The position numbers were made by a program, and so were the translations under genes. The notes beneath the pieces are model-generated. The model was not told the origin of the DNA. It saw only the letters and a list, made by a program, of their open reading frames with translations, and did no database searches. From a virus, in the IMG/VR virus record IMGVR_UViG_3300008113_000012, positions 44,456-108,455 of that record: a DNA stretch of 64,000 nt; one strand, written 5' to 3'. This document shows, piece by piece, positions 19,801 through 31,000 of this stretch (position 1 is its first letter; every line of letters starts with the position of its first letter).

Positions 19801-21994
19801 CACATTTACTATTAGTGCAATTAGTCCAACTGGTACTACATTTAATTTGACAAATAATTCAGGGTCAATGCAAATGGTTGAAGAAGGATGGGATCATGTC
19901 AATCCAGGAACTGAGCTTGTTCCGGCATTCGATGCATCGACTATCTATAGTATTGAACCAAGAATTACATATAGTGCTCCACCGTTTTCTACAGGCGGCG
20001 CCACAATTATTTCTCAACCACCAGGTGCAGCATATGCAGACATTGCATACGGTAATGGTAGATACGCTGCTATTCCTAATACTGGTAATGTTTTAGTTAA
20101 CTCAGTAAACGGATTAGATTGGGATCAAATTATTTTGCCTGCTTCTAGAGTATGGTCGAGTATTGCATACGGTAACAAGTATTGGGTAATTATATCTAGC
20201 AACAGCTCGGTAACTGGGTCAACAGTATTATATTCTAATAGCAATCTAGCAACTTGGAAATCAACTAGTTTACCAGCAGCGGGTACTATAGAGAGTCCCG
20301 TAACATGGAGTAAAGTAGTATACGGCAATGGAAGATTTATTGCCATTACTTCAAACAGCAATGTTACTGCATATAGTACAAACTACGGTGCTAACTGGAC
20401 TAACGGCGGAGTATTAGCTGCCGCTTTATGGAGCGATATAGCCTACGGCGATAATAAATTTGTTGTAATTACTTCAAACGGAACAGCAGCAGCGTATAGC
20501 ACAAATGGAATCTCATGGACTCCTACAGTTCTACCTACTAATACTACTTGGGCTAGTGTTTCATACGGCAATGGTAGATTTGTTGCGGTTGCATCAGCGC
20601 CTGGTAAAGCCGCTTACAGCTTAGACGGAATTAATTGGGTAAGTTCTTTATATGACATATTTGCAACTAACATTGCATACGGCAACGGAGTCTTTGTTGC
20701 AACAGGGCACGAACCTTCACCGTCATCTGCTCTAGCATATATTAGCGAAGACGGCAATCGCTGGACTACTAGAGATTCTCAACTTAATATGGGGCATGTA
20801 ACGTTTGGATTAACTGACACGTATGACGGGTTGTTTGTTAGTGTAAAAGGACAAAGTTTTGCTAATATAATAGAAGCAGGCTCGGTAACTAAATCAAGGC
20901 CTGTTATTAATAGTGGAGTTATTATTGGTATTAACGAATGGGAACCAGGCGGCAATTACAGTACAGCTCCAACAGTTACAATCACAGATTCTAATGCAAC
21001 ACTAGTAGCATCAGTTCTTCCACTACTGGGTAACGGTGTATTAGCAAGCCCTACATTTATAAACAACGGTGTAGGTTATAATACCAATACAACTGTAATT
21101 AATATTACTGGACTAGGTTACGCAGATAGTTTTCAAATTGGTAGTAGTTTAATTATAATAGACTTGGATAGATTGCCGAGTTCTGGAGACAACTTAGCCA
21201 TTGCAGATAATTCTACTATCTATAAGGTAACTAGTGCAGAATTATTAGACGGCACACTAGCACCAAATATTACAGCACGAGTAAATATTGATCCTCCTAT
21301 GACTGTAGGATTGTCCCCTACTAACGGAAGACTTGTAAGTGTTCGTACAAAATATAGTCAGGTTCGATTGACAAATCACGATCTATTAAACATAGGCTTT
21401 GGTAACTTTGAGCAATCTAACTATCCAAGATTACCTGAAACAACTGTATTATCTCCGCAAAACGAAGCAATTGAAAGCAATTTTGGTCGAGTGTTTTACA
21501 GTTCAACAGATCAAGACGGTAACTTCCGTGTAGGTAAATTGTTTGCCGTAGAGCAAGCTACTGGTATTGTTACACTAAGTGCTAGTCAATTTGGATTAAG
21601 CGGACTAAGCGAGTTAAAACTTGGAGGTATTGCTGTTGGAGGCAACAGTGTTATTATTACACAATTTAGCACAGACAGTACATTCGTAGCAAATAGTAAC
21701 AATATTATTGCAACACAAAAAGCAATTAAAGCATACTTAGGTGCAAGATTAAGTCAAGGTGGATCTAATACATTTACTGGCGAATTAACTGCTGGAACAG
21801 TCAAGGTTGGTGGTCCAGACAAAATTCAAAGTACTGTTTCTGAAGGCAATGACGGGTCTGTAGTTAATATGACAAGTTTAACAAATATTCGCGGTGTAGG
21901 TGACGGAGTCGATGCTGCGTACGGTGCATGGGACGGTGATGGTATGGCAATGTTCTTCTTCCAGAAGAGTTTTGCCTCAGGAACAGCAATATAA
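13823..21994 (+). CDS. Giant virion protein B1 (2723 aa): CBM5/12-like repeats, beta-helix, ~69-aa P.IVFTG..FGG repeats, YGNG beta-propeller
   Basis: W...Y..GD.VKYG..Y.C repeats at N-terminus; PYKSIKYA/GDELR/SPYIQNVT beta-helix; W..IAYGNG.FVA blades. Confidence 0.78.
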   Translation: MAAEFKIGRLRYTWKGAWGTATFYNRDAVASFDGKTYVCLVPHTSSQFYSDYNYVDPVNGSAPRWTLMLDGTSWKGEWQPLTSYTLGAIVLYGGSLYKRIVNAPSGPTFNTANWEIYIDVNSNWAGEWITATLYKLGDIVKYGATTYRCIVQHTSALLLETNLANWEIVEAGIEFKGTWNPSAVRYKVNDIVKYGPDLWIANVGHTSALPFNASTDIENTLLSWRLWLPGAEYTTSWSSTTIYQPGEVVMYGGYSYVNLTINNQNILPTAPGSDWEVVTTGYSFQNDWLVGTAYKIGSVVRRGGNLFEAIIDTQGEDPTEATVTVNYTAAGSSGTTLVVNDTTGIYPGMIISGDGFGLGQFVTEVVDGTTLAISLAPDNTIIDNYPLSLTGVNGTDWKLITPGIRWRNRWLAGSTYVVGDIAIWNNATYKCVKTNVASTPNRPDNNITNDIWILHLPHDQYNVLNLPGDMVVNTDGTNEALSIGPEGFLLKSINGIPTWSNVFQTPAVYYVTPDGTDLPGSGRTWDNPYKSIKYACDQINTGIFNLFAKTRLLNNKEFLVEEVVQWQIYQVAQGNAPFTINVFPDEFKTRRDTGYLIDAIIFDLSRGGNSQTVAFVLSFFDRESDNKFVTDEVADEIDTFIATLNHLFDIILDVLNGVTVTPSYIDLNNVVTDLVQVIGAPVEVLVINLVNDYRSIIITPLVDANTNNVPPENQGLTSTVMVKTGAFFEDLPIVVPSNTALVGDELRGTVVSPKVTINTIITRTLASTNVFVTVSTVGMVEGMGVQFVSSNPVDDKTTIFGGVTAGQTYYIVGEITATQFQVSETVGGSPITVTNNIGVMKIYGGDALKDMFYVQNATGIRNMTLTGLLGTLTDVNDFNTRRPTGGAYVSLDPGSGPDDTSAWIIKRSPYIQNVTTFGIGCVGLKVDGTLHLGGNKSVVANDFTQILSDGIGAWITGPDALSELVSVFSYYNYAGYFAEDGGRIRATNGNSSYGTFGVIAEGFNEDEDPILGNIFNRYFEATAEPFSSLGSNAEILKLQYSHAGEMYVVPTTNLLNYSNLFTNWSSDGGVTLIQSIVSPFGISNAWLSIGNTSAADANLFYQDITITPSGAQYTEVEGTNVPGEGSGSGAKFNITVTSTEYLIAVFDGGTGYVATNKIRILGSQLGGVDGENDLVITVTGLLGTAISTVSITPTGEYPNTVQVGSIQPYTFSIYCKKGTATLFEVIATFSGYSTASSGITFNFNTLEVTPFALTGGLTPTVYSAIPVSGAEGWYRLSFRFNDVSALNSSLRITIYPRSRNGSSSYTLLYGSQLELGNTIGFYLDTTTNKFTSYANFEITGAGTGVSVVGDEIRTKSVYQTRLLEVNSVTGGQNYLVSTNNGQAGTFATFTIAASDQAGEKEYLGMRLFINSGTGAGQYGTISFFDTLLKTASIVKESFIPVEITSTETTTDTFTLSGPSDVNSLYVGQIVQFVPTTYNVSVGIVSQSSVSATATTGGTVNTITVTSTSSLTVDMPIVFTGVTFGGVTSNFTYYVLTIIDDTNIQVSTLIGGAVVLLTTVSPGLMQLNYPNNTSYLQGITTNMQVNLPIYFTGNPLSSIVAGTTYFINEIYDGTNFTISPSLITLTATNTTTVSNTITVNDTTGLKSLTPVIFTGTSFGGVLANTKYYINHVVDASKITISASVTTTTITSTKITSNLITATSTTGFIIGNPIVFTGTTFGGIVNDQTYFILYVANSTKFTVSNTSVALNIAVSETTVSTDPTRPNELTVASSNNLTPLNPIVFTGTTFGGITANITYFVNRIIDAQHITVSPSIISATATETEAVSNLITVNDTTGFVPNNPVIFSGDTFGGLVSGTVYYVSAVNSITSFTVSTVPSGSAVTLTDGFGIITVRTTSANVTLTSATGSFAGTTRLGGAPVSLTTATGNCITRTTGASVALTTATGTLTATTTSAKEVLSNDFGSMNGIFEVPLIGGVVRGDHYYVKSILPGSTNTFTISAISPTGTTFNLTNNSGSMQMVEEGWDHVNPGTELVPAFDASTIYSIEPRITYSAPPFSTGGATIISQPPGAAYADIAYGNGRYAAIPNTGNVLVNSVNGLDWDQIILPASRVWSSIAYGNKYWVIISSNSSVTGSTVLYSNSNLATWKSTSLPAAGTIESPVTWSKVVYGNGRFIAITSNSNVTAYSTNYGANWTNGGVLAAALWSDIAYGDNKFVVITSNGTAAAYSTNGISWTPTVLPTNTTWASVSYGNGRFVAVASAPGKAAYSLDGINWVSSLYDIFATNIAYGNGVFVATGHEPSPSSALAYISEDGNRWTTRDSQLNMGHVTFGLTDTYDGLFVSVKGQSFANIIEAGSVTKSRPVINSGVIIGINEWEPGGNYSTAPTVTITDSNATLVASVLPLLGNGVLASPTFINNGVGYNTNTTVINITGLGYADSFQIGSSLIIIDLDRLPSSGDNLAIADNSTIYKVTSAELLDGTLAPNITARVNIDPPMTVGLSPTNGRLVSVRTKYSQVRLTNHDLLNIGFGNFEQSNYPRLPETTVLSPQNEAIESNFGRVFYSSTDQDGNFRVGKLFAVEQATGIVTLSASQFGLSGLSELKLGGIAVGGNSVIITQFSTDSTFVANSNNIIATQKAIKAYLGARLSQGGSNTFTGELTAGTVKVGGPDKIQSTVSEGNDGSVVNMTSLTNIRGVGDGVDAAYGAWDGDGMAMFFFQKSFASGTAI
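18953..19194 (+). repeat. 35-nt exact direct repeat (18953-18987 and 19160-19194)
   Basis: ccaattgtatttacaggtacaacatttggaggtat occurs twice, 207 nt (69 codons) apart. Confidence 0.9.
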
Positions 21995-22044
21995 TGATGT
22001 TCTTACAGAGAAAGGTAATAGAAAGTGTAAGATTTACACTTAGA

Positions 22045-22050
22045 TAAATA
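22045..22050 (+). promoter_or_regulatory. Late promoter core (TAAATA) preceded by a hairpin
   Basis: aagtgtaa-gat-ttacactt then agaTAAATA upstream of 22073. Confidence 0.6.
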
Positions 22051-22072
22051 TAATGTAAAAGGATGAAAGCAA

Positions 22073-25000
22073 ATGGCTGAATTTAAACTAGGTAGAATTA
22101 GATTTGTATGGAAAGGTCAATGGACTGTAGGAACGCCATATCTAATTGATGACGTCGTGAGTAACGGCGGAAAAAGTTATATTTGTGTTGTAAATCATAC
22201 AGCATCTAGTTTATTCGATACAGACTTAGATTTTACACCAACAAAGTGGAATATTGTAGCTGACGGAACACAATGGAATGGTGACTGGGCTTCAGGAACA
22301 TATTATAATCCAGGTGCCGTTGTTAAGTATGGTGCAGTAGTTTATATTTGTGCAACAGGACATACTTCAGCCACCTATATTGCCCCAACATATTTAGGTT
22401 TAGAAGACGACTTAGAAAAGTGGGAAGTATTTGCAACATCATTCGAATGGAAAAGCAACTGGGCAACTTCTACAAGATATAAGCTAAATGATTTTGTAGT
22501 ATATGGCGGGACTACTTATGTTTGCACAGAAGGCCACGTTAGTGCTGCTACTGCAACACTAGGATTAGAGGATGATTCCGACAAGTGGGATATTTTTAAT
22601 CAAGGTGTTACCTATCTTGGTGACTGGAATGATGCAAGTATACGCTATAAGGAAAATGACGTAGTTAAATACGGAGCAAATTTATGGATTTGCGTCGATT
22701 ATCATACAAGTGAAGACCCGTTCGATGAAACAAAGTGGGATATATTTGTAAACGGTTTTGAATTTGAAAGCTCATGGAATAATAGTACAGAGTACCAACA
22801 AGGAGATGTTGTAACATATGGCGGTTATTCATATATTGCTAAAACAATTAACATTAATAAACAACCTACAAGTAATCTAGCAGACTGGAGTGTTTACACT
22901 ACAGGATTTAGTTTTACAGGAGAGTGGGATGTTGCTACAAATTATAAAATTGGATCAGTTATTAGGTATGGTGCATACACTTACGTATCAAAAGTTGATA
23001 ATCTAGGACAGACTCCAACCAACACTACCTATTGGGATTTATTAAACAACGGTTTTAGATGGACATCGACACCTGAGACATATCTAGCAGTAGCATCTGT
23101 TGGTGCAACTGGTTTAGGACAAGGTGCAAAATTTGATGTTACTCGTTCAAATACAGTATACACTGTAACAATTGCAAGTGGATTCCCAGGAACTGATTAT
23201 GCAGTCGGTGATAAAGTTAAAATATTAGGATCACTAGTCGGTGGCACTACACAAGCTAATGATATTACACTTACAGTTACTGGCATTACTGGCGGCGGTT
23301 CTACAGGACCGTTATCAACATTTACATGGACTGGCGCAGCAATTTCTTGGGCAGTTGATGTTAGTTATTTGTTAGGCGACATTGTATCGTTTAGTGCTAA
23401 TTCATACATATGTATTGACCCCCACCTTTCAAGTTTATTAAACAGACCTGACGCGGACACAGTTGGAGACTATTGGAATTTATTAACTGCTGGAGCAGAA
23501 TATAACGTTCTATTAGAAACTGGTGATTTGGTATACTACGGTGCAAACGGTCCGACTAGACTACCAGTCGGTATTAACGGTCAAGTTTTGCGAAGCCAAG
23601 ACGGATTCCCAATTTGGGCAAATTACGGTCTTATCAACAACTTAGTATACGTTGGACCACTAGGACGAGATGTAGCGTATCCAGCCGCTGGTGCAACAAT
23701 CGATCAGCCATGGAAAACTGTAAAATTTGCAACAAAACAAATTGAGGAAGGATACTTATATCCTAATGCAAGAACACTGTTGGCAAAAAATAAACAGTTT
23801 ATTATGAAAGAAATTACCAATTGGGTAATCTATACATATACAGTTGATATTACTGAGTCAACTGCTCTTACTGATGTGTTTACTTGTGCAAGCACTGCTA
23901 ACCTAACAGCAAATATGCCAATTGAGTTCTCTGGAACACTTGGCGGAGTTACAGCAGGACAAAAATATTATGTAAAAACTGTTGTAAGCAGTACAACATT
24001 TACAATTTCAGAAGCATTAGGTGGAACATTAAAACAATTAACTGATGCTACAGGTTCAATGACCGGTACACTATCATACGATAGTGATTTCTGTGAACGT
24101 GATGTTGGATTAATTGTTGAAGCATTAAAACACGATATTGCACATGGAGGAAATAGTAAGATTACTCTTGCCGCCAAGGCATATTACACACCGGCAGGCA
24201 ATGCATATATTAACAGTAATTTTGGAACACAAAAAATTCAAACTATTGCTGCATATAACTACTTAACTACTCTAGTAGTTAACGTTCTTAATAACGAGCC
24301 GTGGAGAAATTATCAAGCATTCAACGGTATTACTAATGGTATAACACAAGTTGTTGACGAATCATTACCTGTTGAAGCAGGAGTAACTACTACAGTTGGT
24401 GCACTGATGTCTATTATCACAACAGGTATCAATGTAGGTAATGCAACAGCAATCCCTGCACCAATTTATCCCAACACAACTATATCTGTCAAGACAGGTA
24501 CTTTTGCAGAAGTGTTGCCAATGGTTATTTCTCCATTTACTGCGGTGGTAGGAGACGAATTAAGAAGTACCGTAATTCAACCAGCACTAGCAAACGACTT
24601 GCTAGTGAACGACAAACCAAAAGCTACATCAGCACTAACTCGTATTAGTAATATTGTTAGCGATGTAATTCAAAATGTTGAGATAACCCCAACATCTGGC
24701 AACACTGAAACACAACTATATGTTGGCGGATACGCAGGCAACAGTACAACTACTACCGCAGTTGGAACCAAGACTGCAATTGTTTCAGCTATCTTATCAG
24801 GTGGACTTGGATCTGTTCCAAGTACAGTCTTAATAGACCCAACAGGGTATGATGCTGGATTTGAAAATGCTCGTAGACTAATTGTTTTAAACAAGGCATT
24901 CTTACAAGCTGAAATCGCTGCATACATGACAGTGAACTATAACACATTATGGAACACTACACTAACTGCTCCACAACGTGCAGCATGGTCTACTGAAGTT

Positions 25001-28000
25001 GGTTATCTTGTTGATGCACTAGCATATGATTTAACTTATGGCGGAAACTTAGAGAGTATAGTTACTGCACGTTTATATTATCCTTCAGGAGTATTTGCTG
25101 CACACTTAGGTGTAAAAGCCGCAGCAATTGCAATCTACTCACGTTTAGTAGCAATTATAAACTTCATTGCTGTAGGTGATAATAGTCCTAGCAGCTGGAC
25201 TAAGTCTGTAGGTAATGCACTTAACCAAGACGACTCTCTGCCACACGGTTCTGTAAATGCAGGAGTATTTGCAGAAGATAGGGTTCAAGAAATTTATACT
25301 TCAATTGATACAGAAGATCTTCCATTAACTGTTGAGCCTAGTATTACTTGGGTAACTGGTGGTCTAGTTGATGCTAAGAATGCAATTCAATCGTTAAAGG
25401 CAGGTATACAAGCGGGCGCCATTGAATATATTAACACAAATTATCCAACTTTAGTTTACGATACTGCCGCACATGCTATTGACGTTGGTTATCTAGTTGA
25501 TGCAGTTGCGTATGATATAATGTTTGGTGCTAACTTCCGCTCTATTAGAGTAGGTATGTTGTATTTCAGAGGAACTGCAAGTACTGAATTAAGTGTATCC
25601 ACAGATTTACCAGAATTACTAGATACTGTCACGTATGTTGACATTGCTATCAAACAAATTACCAACGGACAAGTAGGTTCAGTAGGTAGCGAACTAGCAG
25701 TATCAAGAGCCATAGCTAGTGCAGATGTAATTTATGATATTGTTGCTAGCGGATTAGGTGCAGTACCGTCATTAGTATTACCAGACCCAGTAGGTTATGA
25801 TATTAATTATTCAAGAGCAAGAGCACAGATTGTACAAAATTATGCTTTTATTAAAGCTGAGATTGCAGCATTCTTAAATCTAAACTACAACGCAGTTTGG
25901 GTTAGCCTTGGAGCAACAGGACAAGCAGGATGTGCTAGAGATATTGGTTACATCTTAGACGGTGTACGTTATGATATTACCTATGGTGGCAATACACAAT
26001 CATTAATTGTAGGCAGTGCTTACTATTCGAATTATGATTCAACTATTGATCTTGGTGAGATTGCAGCAACAGTTGCAGCCTACGCTAGAATTAAAACAAT
26101 TATTGGACAAATTGCACAAGCACAGGCAGTGACAATTACTCCCGGTAATGCAGTTTCTCAAGTTGGTGTAGGTGTTAGTGGCGGCAACGCTGCATCTGCG
26201 ACATTTGCACAAGATCGTGTACAAGATGTTATTGACTGGATCAATAATGGCGACGCTAATGCAACCATTGCACCTGATACTACATGGGCAACTTCGGCAA
26301 TAGAAACAGCATTTGCTGCCTTGCAAGATAAGAAAACAGAAATTGTTGCAGATGTAACATGGTGGGTCTACAAGAACTATCAAGATGTAAACTTTAACGA
26401 AGAACTATGTGCTAGAGATACTGGCTATATGGTTGATGCAATAAGCTATGATGTAGCATTTGGCAGTAACTTTGCTGCTATTACAGCAGGTAGAGCACTA
26501 CAACGTGCTACTGTTTCTGCTACGGTTGTTACAACAACTCAACGTCAAGCTGAACTAGGTGCTATTAATTTCTTAAAATACAAAGCTAAGACAGTGGCAG
26601 CTACAGGTGCAGTTGCACAGACTAAAGCTATTATATCTGATGTAATTGCAACTATTAATGGTGGATCAATTCCTCGACTACAGTGGAACAATCCTTCAAC
26701 AATCACTAGTGCGTATGCTGCCGCAACAGTATTGCTAAGAGATAATAAGGCATTTATTCAAGCAGAAATCACCGCATGGATTGATGTACAAATTGGTTTA
26801 GGTACTAGTGGATTTGTTGGTTTAGAATTCAGCAGAGCAGCATGTGAACGAGATGTTGGCTTAATTGTTGAAGCACTGGTATATGACTTAACATACGGCT
26901 ACGGTGTTGGTAACATTGGTAAAATTGCTACACTGATTGCAGGTAAAGCATATTATTCTGCATTAACTGGCGCCCTTGAAATTGACTCAGGTGACACAAC
27001 TGCTACTGTTGCAGCTTACAATAGATTAAAATCTGTTGCACAAAGTGTAGTACAAGATAATGCAGTAACACCAAGTGCAGGCAACACAGTTTCTCAAGTA
27101 AGAGCAGCATCTGGACAAACAGTTGGGTCAGGTGCAACAGCTACCTCAGTCGGAACTTTAGTTGATGTTATTACTAATATAATCACAAACGGATTAACAA
27201 CAGGTGTTCCTACTATAACAATTACCGCAGTAGCCGGAGGCACTACATTTACTAGCGGAACACATAATCTTGCAGTAGGAGATGTTGTTATTCCACAAGC
27301 GACAGGTAACGGTTTAGTTAGTGGAACAAGATATTATGTTGCATCTACTCCTTTAGGCACAACATTTACGTTGGCTGCATATCAAGGTGGCGCAGCAATT
27401 ACTACATTTACTAACGGTACTGGTTTAACTATTCTTGCTGAAATCAACAATTTGCCAAGTACAAGTTGGGTTATTGCAGGTCTAGTAACACAAAGAAATA
27501 ATCTACAAGCAACTAAAGCCACAATTAAAAATCAGATTACAGCGTATATTGAAACTAATTTTCCAACATTGTCATATGACTCAGCAACTTGCGAAAGAGA
27601 CATTGGGCTAATTATTGATTACATTGCCTATGATATGATGTTTGACAGCAACTATCTAACAATAACATCAGCTAGAAGTTATTTTAGAGCACAGGCTGAA
27701 CTAGTGTTAGGCGGGCAAAAAGAAGCAACAGTTGCATCGTTTAGATATCTTAAAACTCTATTGTTAACAGCAGTAGACGGTGATACTACTGCCACTCGTA
27801 GATTAAAAGTATTAATGGATATTATTATTGATACAATGGTTAACGGAACAGGATCAACTGCTGAAGTAGTAGGTACTGTTACTTACAAAAATGATGTAGG
27901 AATGTTTACTGGAGCAGAAGTTTTAAGATTAAATAAAAACTTCCTTGCAGAAGAAGCAACAGCATGGATTAAGCAAAACTTCAGCGGTACTGTAACTAGT

Positions 28001-31000
28001 GTAACTGCGTCATCTGACTTATACACTTCAAGTGCAGCACACAACTTAAAAGTTGGCGACCCCGTTGTATTCTCAGGAACAGCAATTGCCGGTAGCGGAA
28101 TTACTGTTGGAACAACGTACTTTGTATTGACTACTCCAAGTGCTACTACTTTAACAATTACTAATGCGCAAAACGGCACAACTCCCGTTAATGTAACAGC
28201 TGACGGTACCGGCTCAATGATTGTTAGATACTCATTTGATGAAGTATTGTTTGCCAAAGATATAGAAGAATACATTGAAGGTATTGTATATGATTTAGGG
28301 TATACTGGAAATTACAAAACTTTACGTGTTGCTGAATTATATAATAACACAGTATCTGGATCACAAACAGCTAACATGTTCTATGTTAGTAACGGTACTG
28401 GTTTAAGAAACTGCACACTAGCGGGCTTAAGCGGAACATTAACCGAAAGTAACGACTTTGGAACTAAGCGTCCAACTGCTGGTGCTTACGTAGCTTTAAA
28501 TCCAGGCTTTGGTCCTAACGACTCGAACGTATGGGTACAACAACGTTCACATTATTCTCAGAACGTTACTATGTTCGGCGTTGGCTGTTCTGGTGCCAAG
28601 ATTGATGGCGCTATACATGCTGGCGGTAATCGCTCAATGGTTAAGAACGACTTTACAACTATTATCAGCGATGGTTTTGGTGTATGGTGTACAGGCGCTA
28701 ACTCATTAACAGAACTTGTTTCAGTGTTTAACTACTATGGTTATGCGGGTTACATGGCAGAACTAGGCGGACGTATACGTGCTACTAACGGTAACAGCTC
28801 TTACGGTTCATTCGGTGTTATTGCTGAAGGTACTGATACATACGAGCAACCAATTTTTGCAGTAGTTGACAACGCAGGACAGCAGGCAGTTATTACTGAA
28901 ACAGTCGTTAACAGTATTGCAGGAACTGTTTCACGCCTTGAATTCAGCAATGCAGGTACTAACTACACTAACGTAGATATTGGTGTTAGTGGTGACGGTA
29001 TTAATGCAACTGCCATTGGGGATGAATTCCGTGACGGGGCTATCTTTGAAACAAGAATTATCGACTTAGATGACGGACAAGGTTTTGGCGGTACTAACTA
29101 TATCAATGCAATTAACGCTGCTCAAAGTGGCGATACTGCAAGTATTACAATTGCCAACTCTGATGTTGCATTATCAACTGCGTACCCTTCAATGCGTATT
29201 CAAATTACAGGCGGCTCTGGTATTGGACAATATGCAAATATTTTAACATATAATAACGGTACTAAAGTTGCACAGGTTATTAAAGATAGTTTTACAGCAT
29301 TAACTGTGACCACTACTACAATTACCAATAACTTGTTAACTGTAGCAAGCACAGCAACTATAACTCCTGGACAACAGATTTATCTAGGCGGAACTGCTAA
29401 CGGAGTTACGGCAAATGTATTGTACTATGTAAGAACTGCTAACTTCTCAGCTACACAGTTCTCTGTAAGTCTAACAGGCGCAGCCGGTACAGCAGTAACT
29501 ATTTCAGCGAACGGGGCAGTAAGTATTCCGTTGTATGCTGCTGGGTGGGATCATGTAATTCCAGGAACTACTATTGTTGCTGGTTTAGATTTAACATCTT
29601 CATATATTATTGAACCTAGAATTAGTTATACAGCTCCAGGTTATACTGCTACATCACGTACTATCCCAAGTGCTGCTTACAAAGCTGTTGCATATGGTAC
29701 AGGTAGATATGTTGCAGTAGGATCAAGTGGAACAACTACTGCATACAGCTTAAATGGAAAAGCATGGACAGCAGGCGGTGCACTTGGTGCTAGTGCATCA
29801 TGGACTGACATAGTGTTTGGTGGTGGACAAGGTGCAGTAGCCACTGCTCAAGTAGGTGGCTTAGGTGGCGCTGGCGCAGTGTTATCTGTAACAATGGGCG
29901 CCGTTAACAGTGTTGGAGATCCTGGTATAGATCAAGTAGTATCAGTCCAAATTGTCGATGGTGGTTATAACTATACAACACCACCGTCAATTATATTTAC
30001 AGGTACTGGTCTAGGTGCTGCTGCTACGTGTACTGTACTGAATGGAAAAATTGATTCTGTAACTATTGTTACTAACGGCTCAGGATATACTGTTGCACCA
30101 ACAGCAACAGCAGTATCGTCTAGAATTACCAAAATGGATATTAGCACATGGGGTCGTGGCTATACTGCTGCTCCAAGCGTGTCTCTAACTGCACCGTTTA
30201 CAGCAACAGCTTGGACGTCAGGCGGCGCTGCTACAGCAGGCACATACTATTCGTATGTAAACACAGTTGGTTTAGATAATATTACAAATTTCTATCTTGC
30301 TGGTGCAAGCGGAACCTTTAGTGCAGCCGCCCCAACATTCCAAACTGGAACTGGTGCAAGCGGAATATATGGTGTTGCATTAACTTATGTAGGAACACAG
30401 GCTAGAGGTACAGCAGTTTTAAGCAATACTGGTGTAAGCAGTATTACTATTAACGATCCAGGATTTGGTTATACAACAACGCCAACAATTACCATTATTG
30501 ATCCTTTGGCCAAGTTTGTTGCTATTGCAACCGGATCAACAACTAGTTCTTACTTACCAGCTAGCTCAGCAGTTGGCGCAGCCTGGATTGCAGGCGGCGC
30601 ACTACCAACTAGTACTATGGTTAGCCTAGCCTACGGCAATGGCTTCTACGTTACAGTTGGTGGAACATCAAGCGCATCATCGAGTACTACAGGAACAAGT
30701 TGGGTACCAAGAACATTACCTACACTAGGAGCAGGCACTTATTCATCTGTAGCCTACGGTAACGGATATTTTGTTGCAATCAGTACTGGCAGCAATGCAA
30801 CAGCAGTCAGTTCTAGTGGCACAACATGGGCAGCAGGCGGCAATTTACCTTCTAGTACAACATGGACAAGTGTTGCCTACGGTAACGGACGTTTTGTTGC
30901 TATTGCAAACGGACCAAGTAGAACAGTTGCCTACAGCATAAACAACGGTACAACATGGGCAGCAGCAAGTCCAGGACTACCGTCAAGCCAAGCATGGAGC

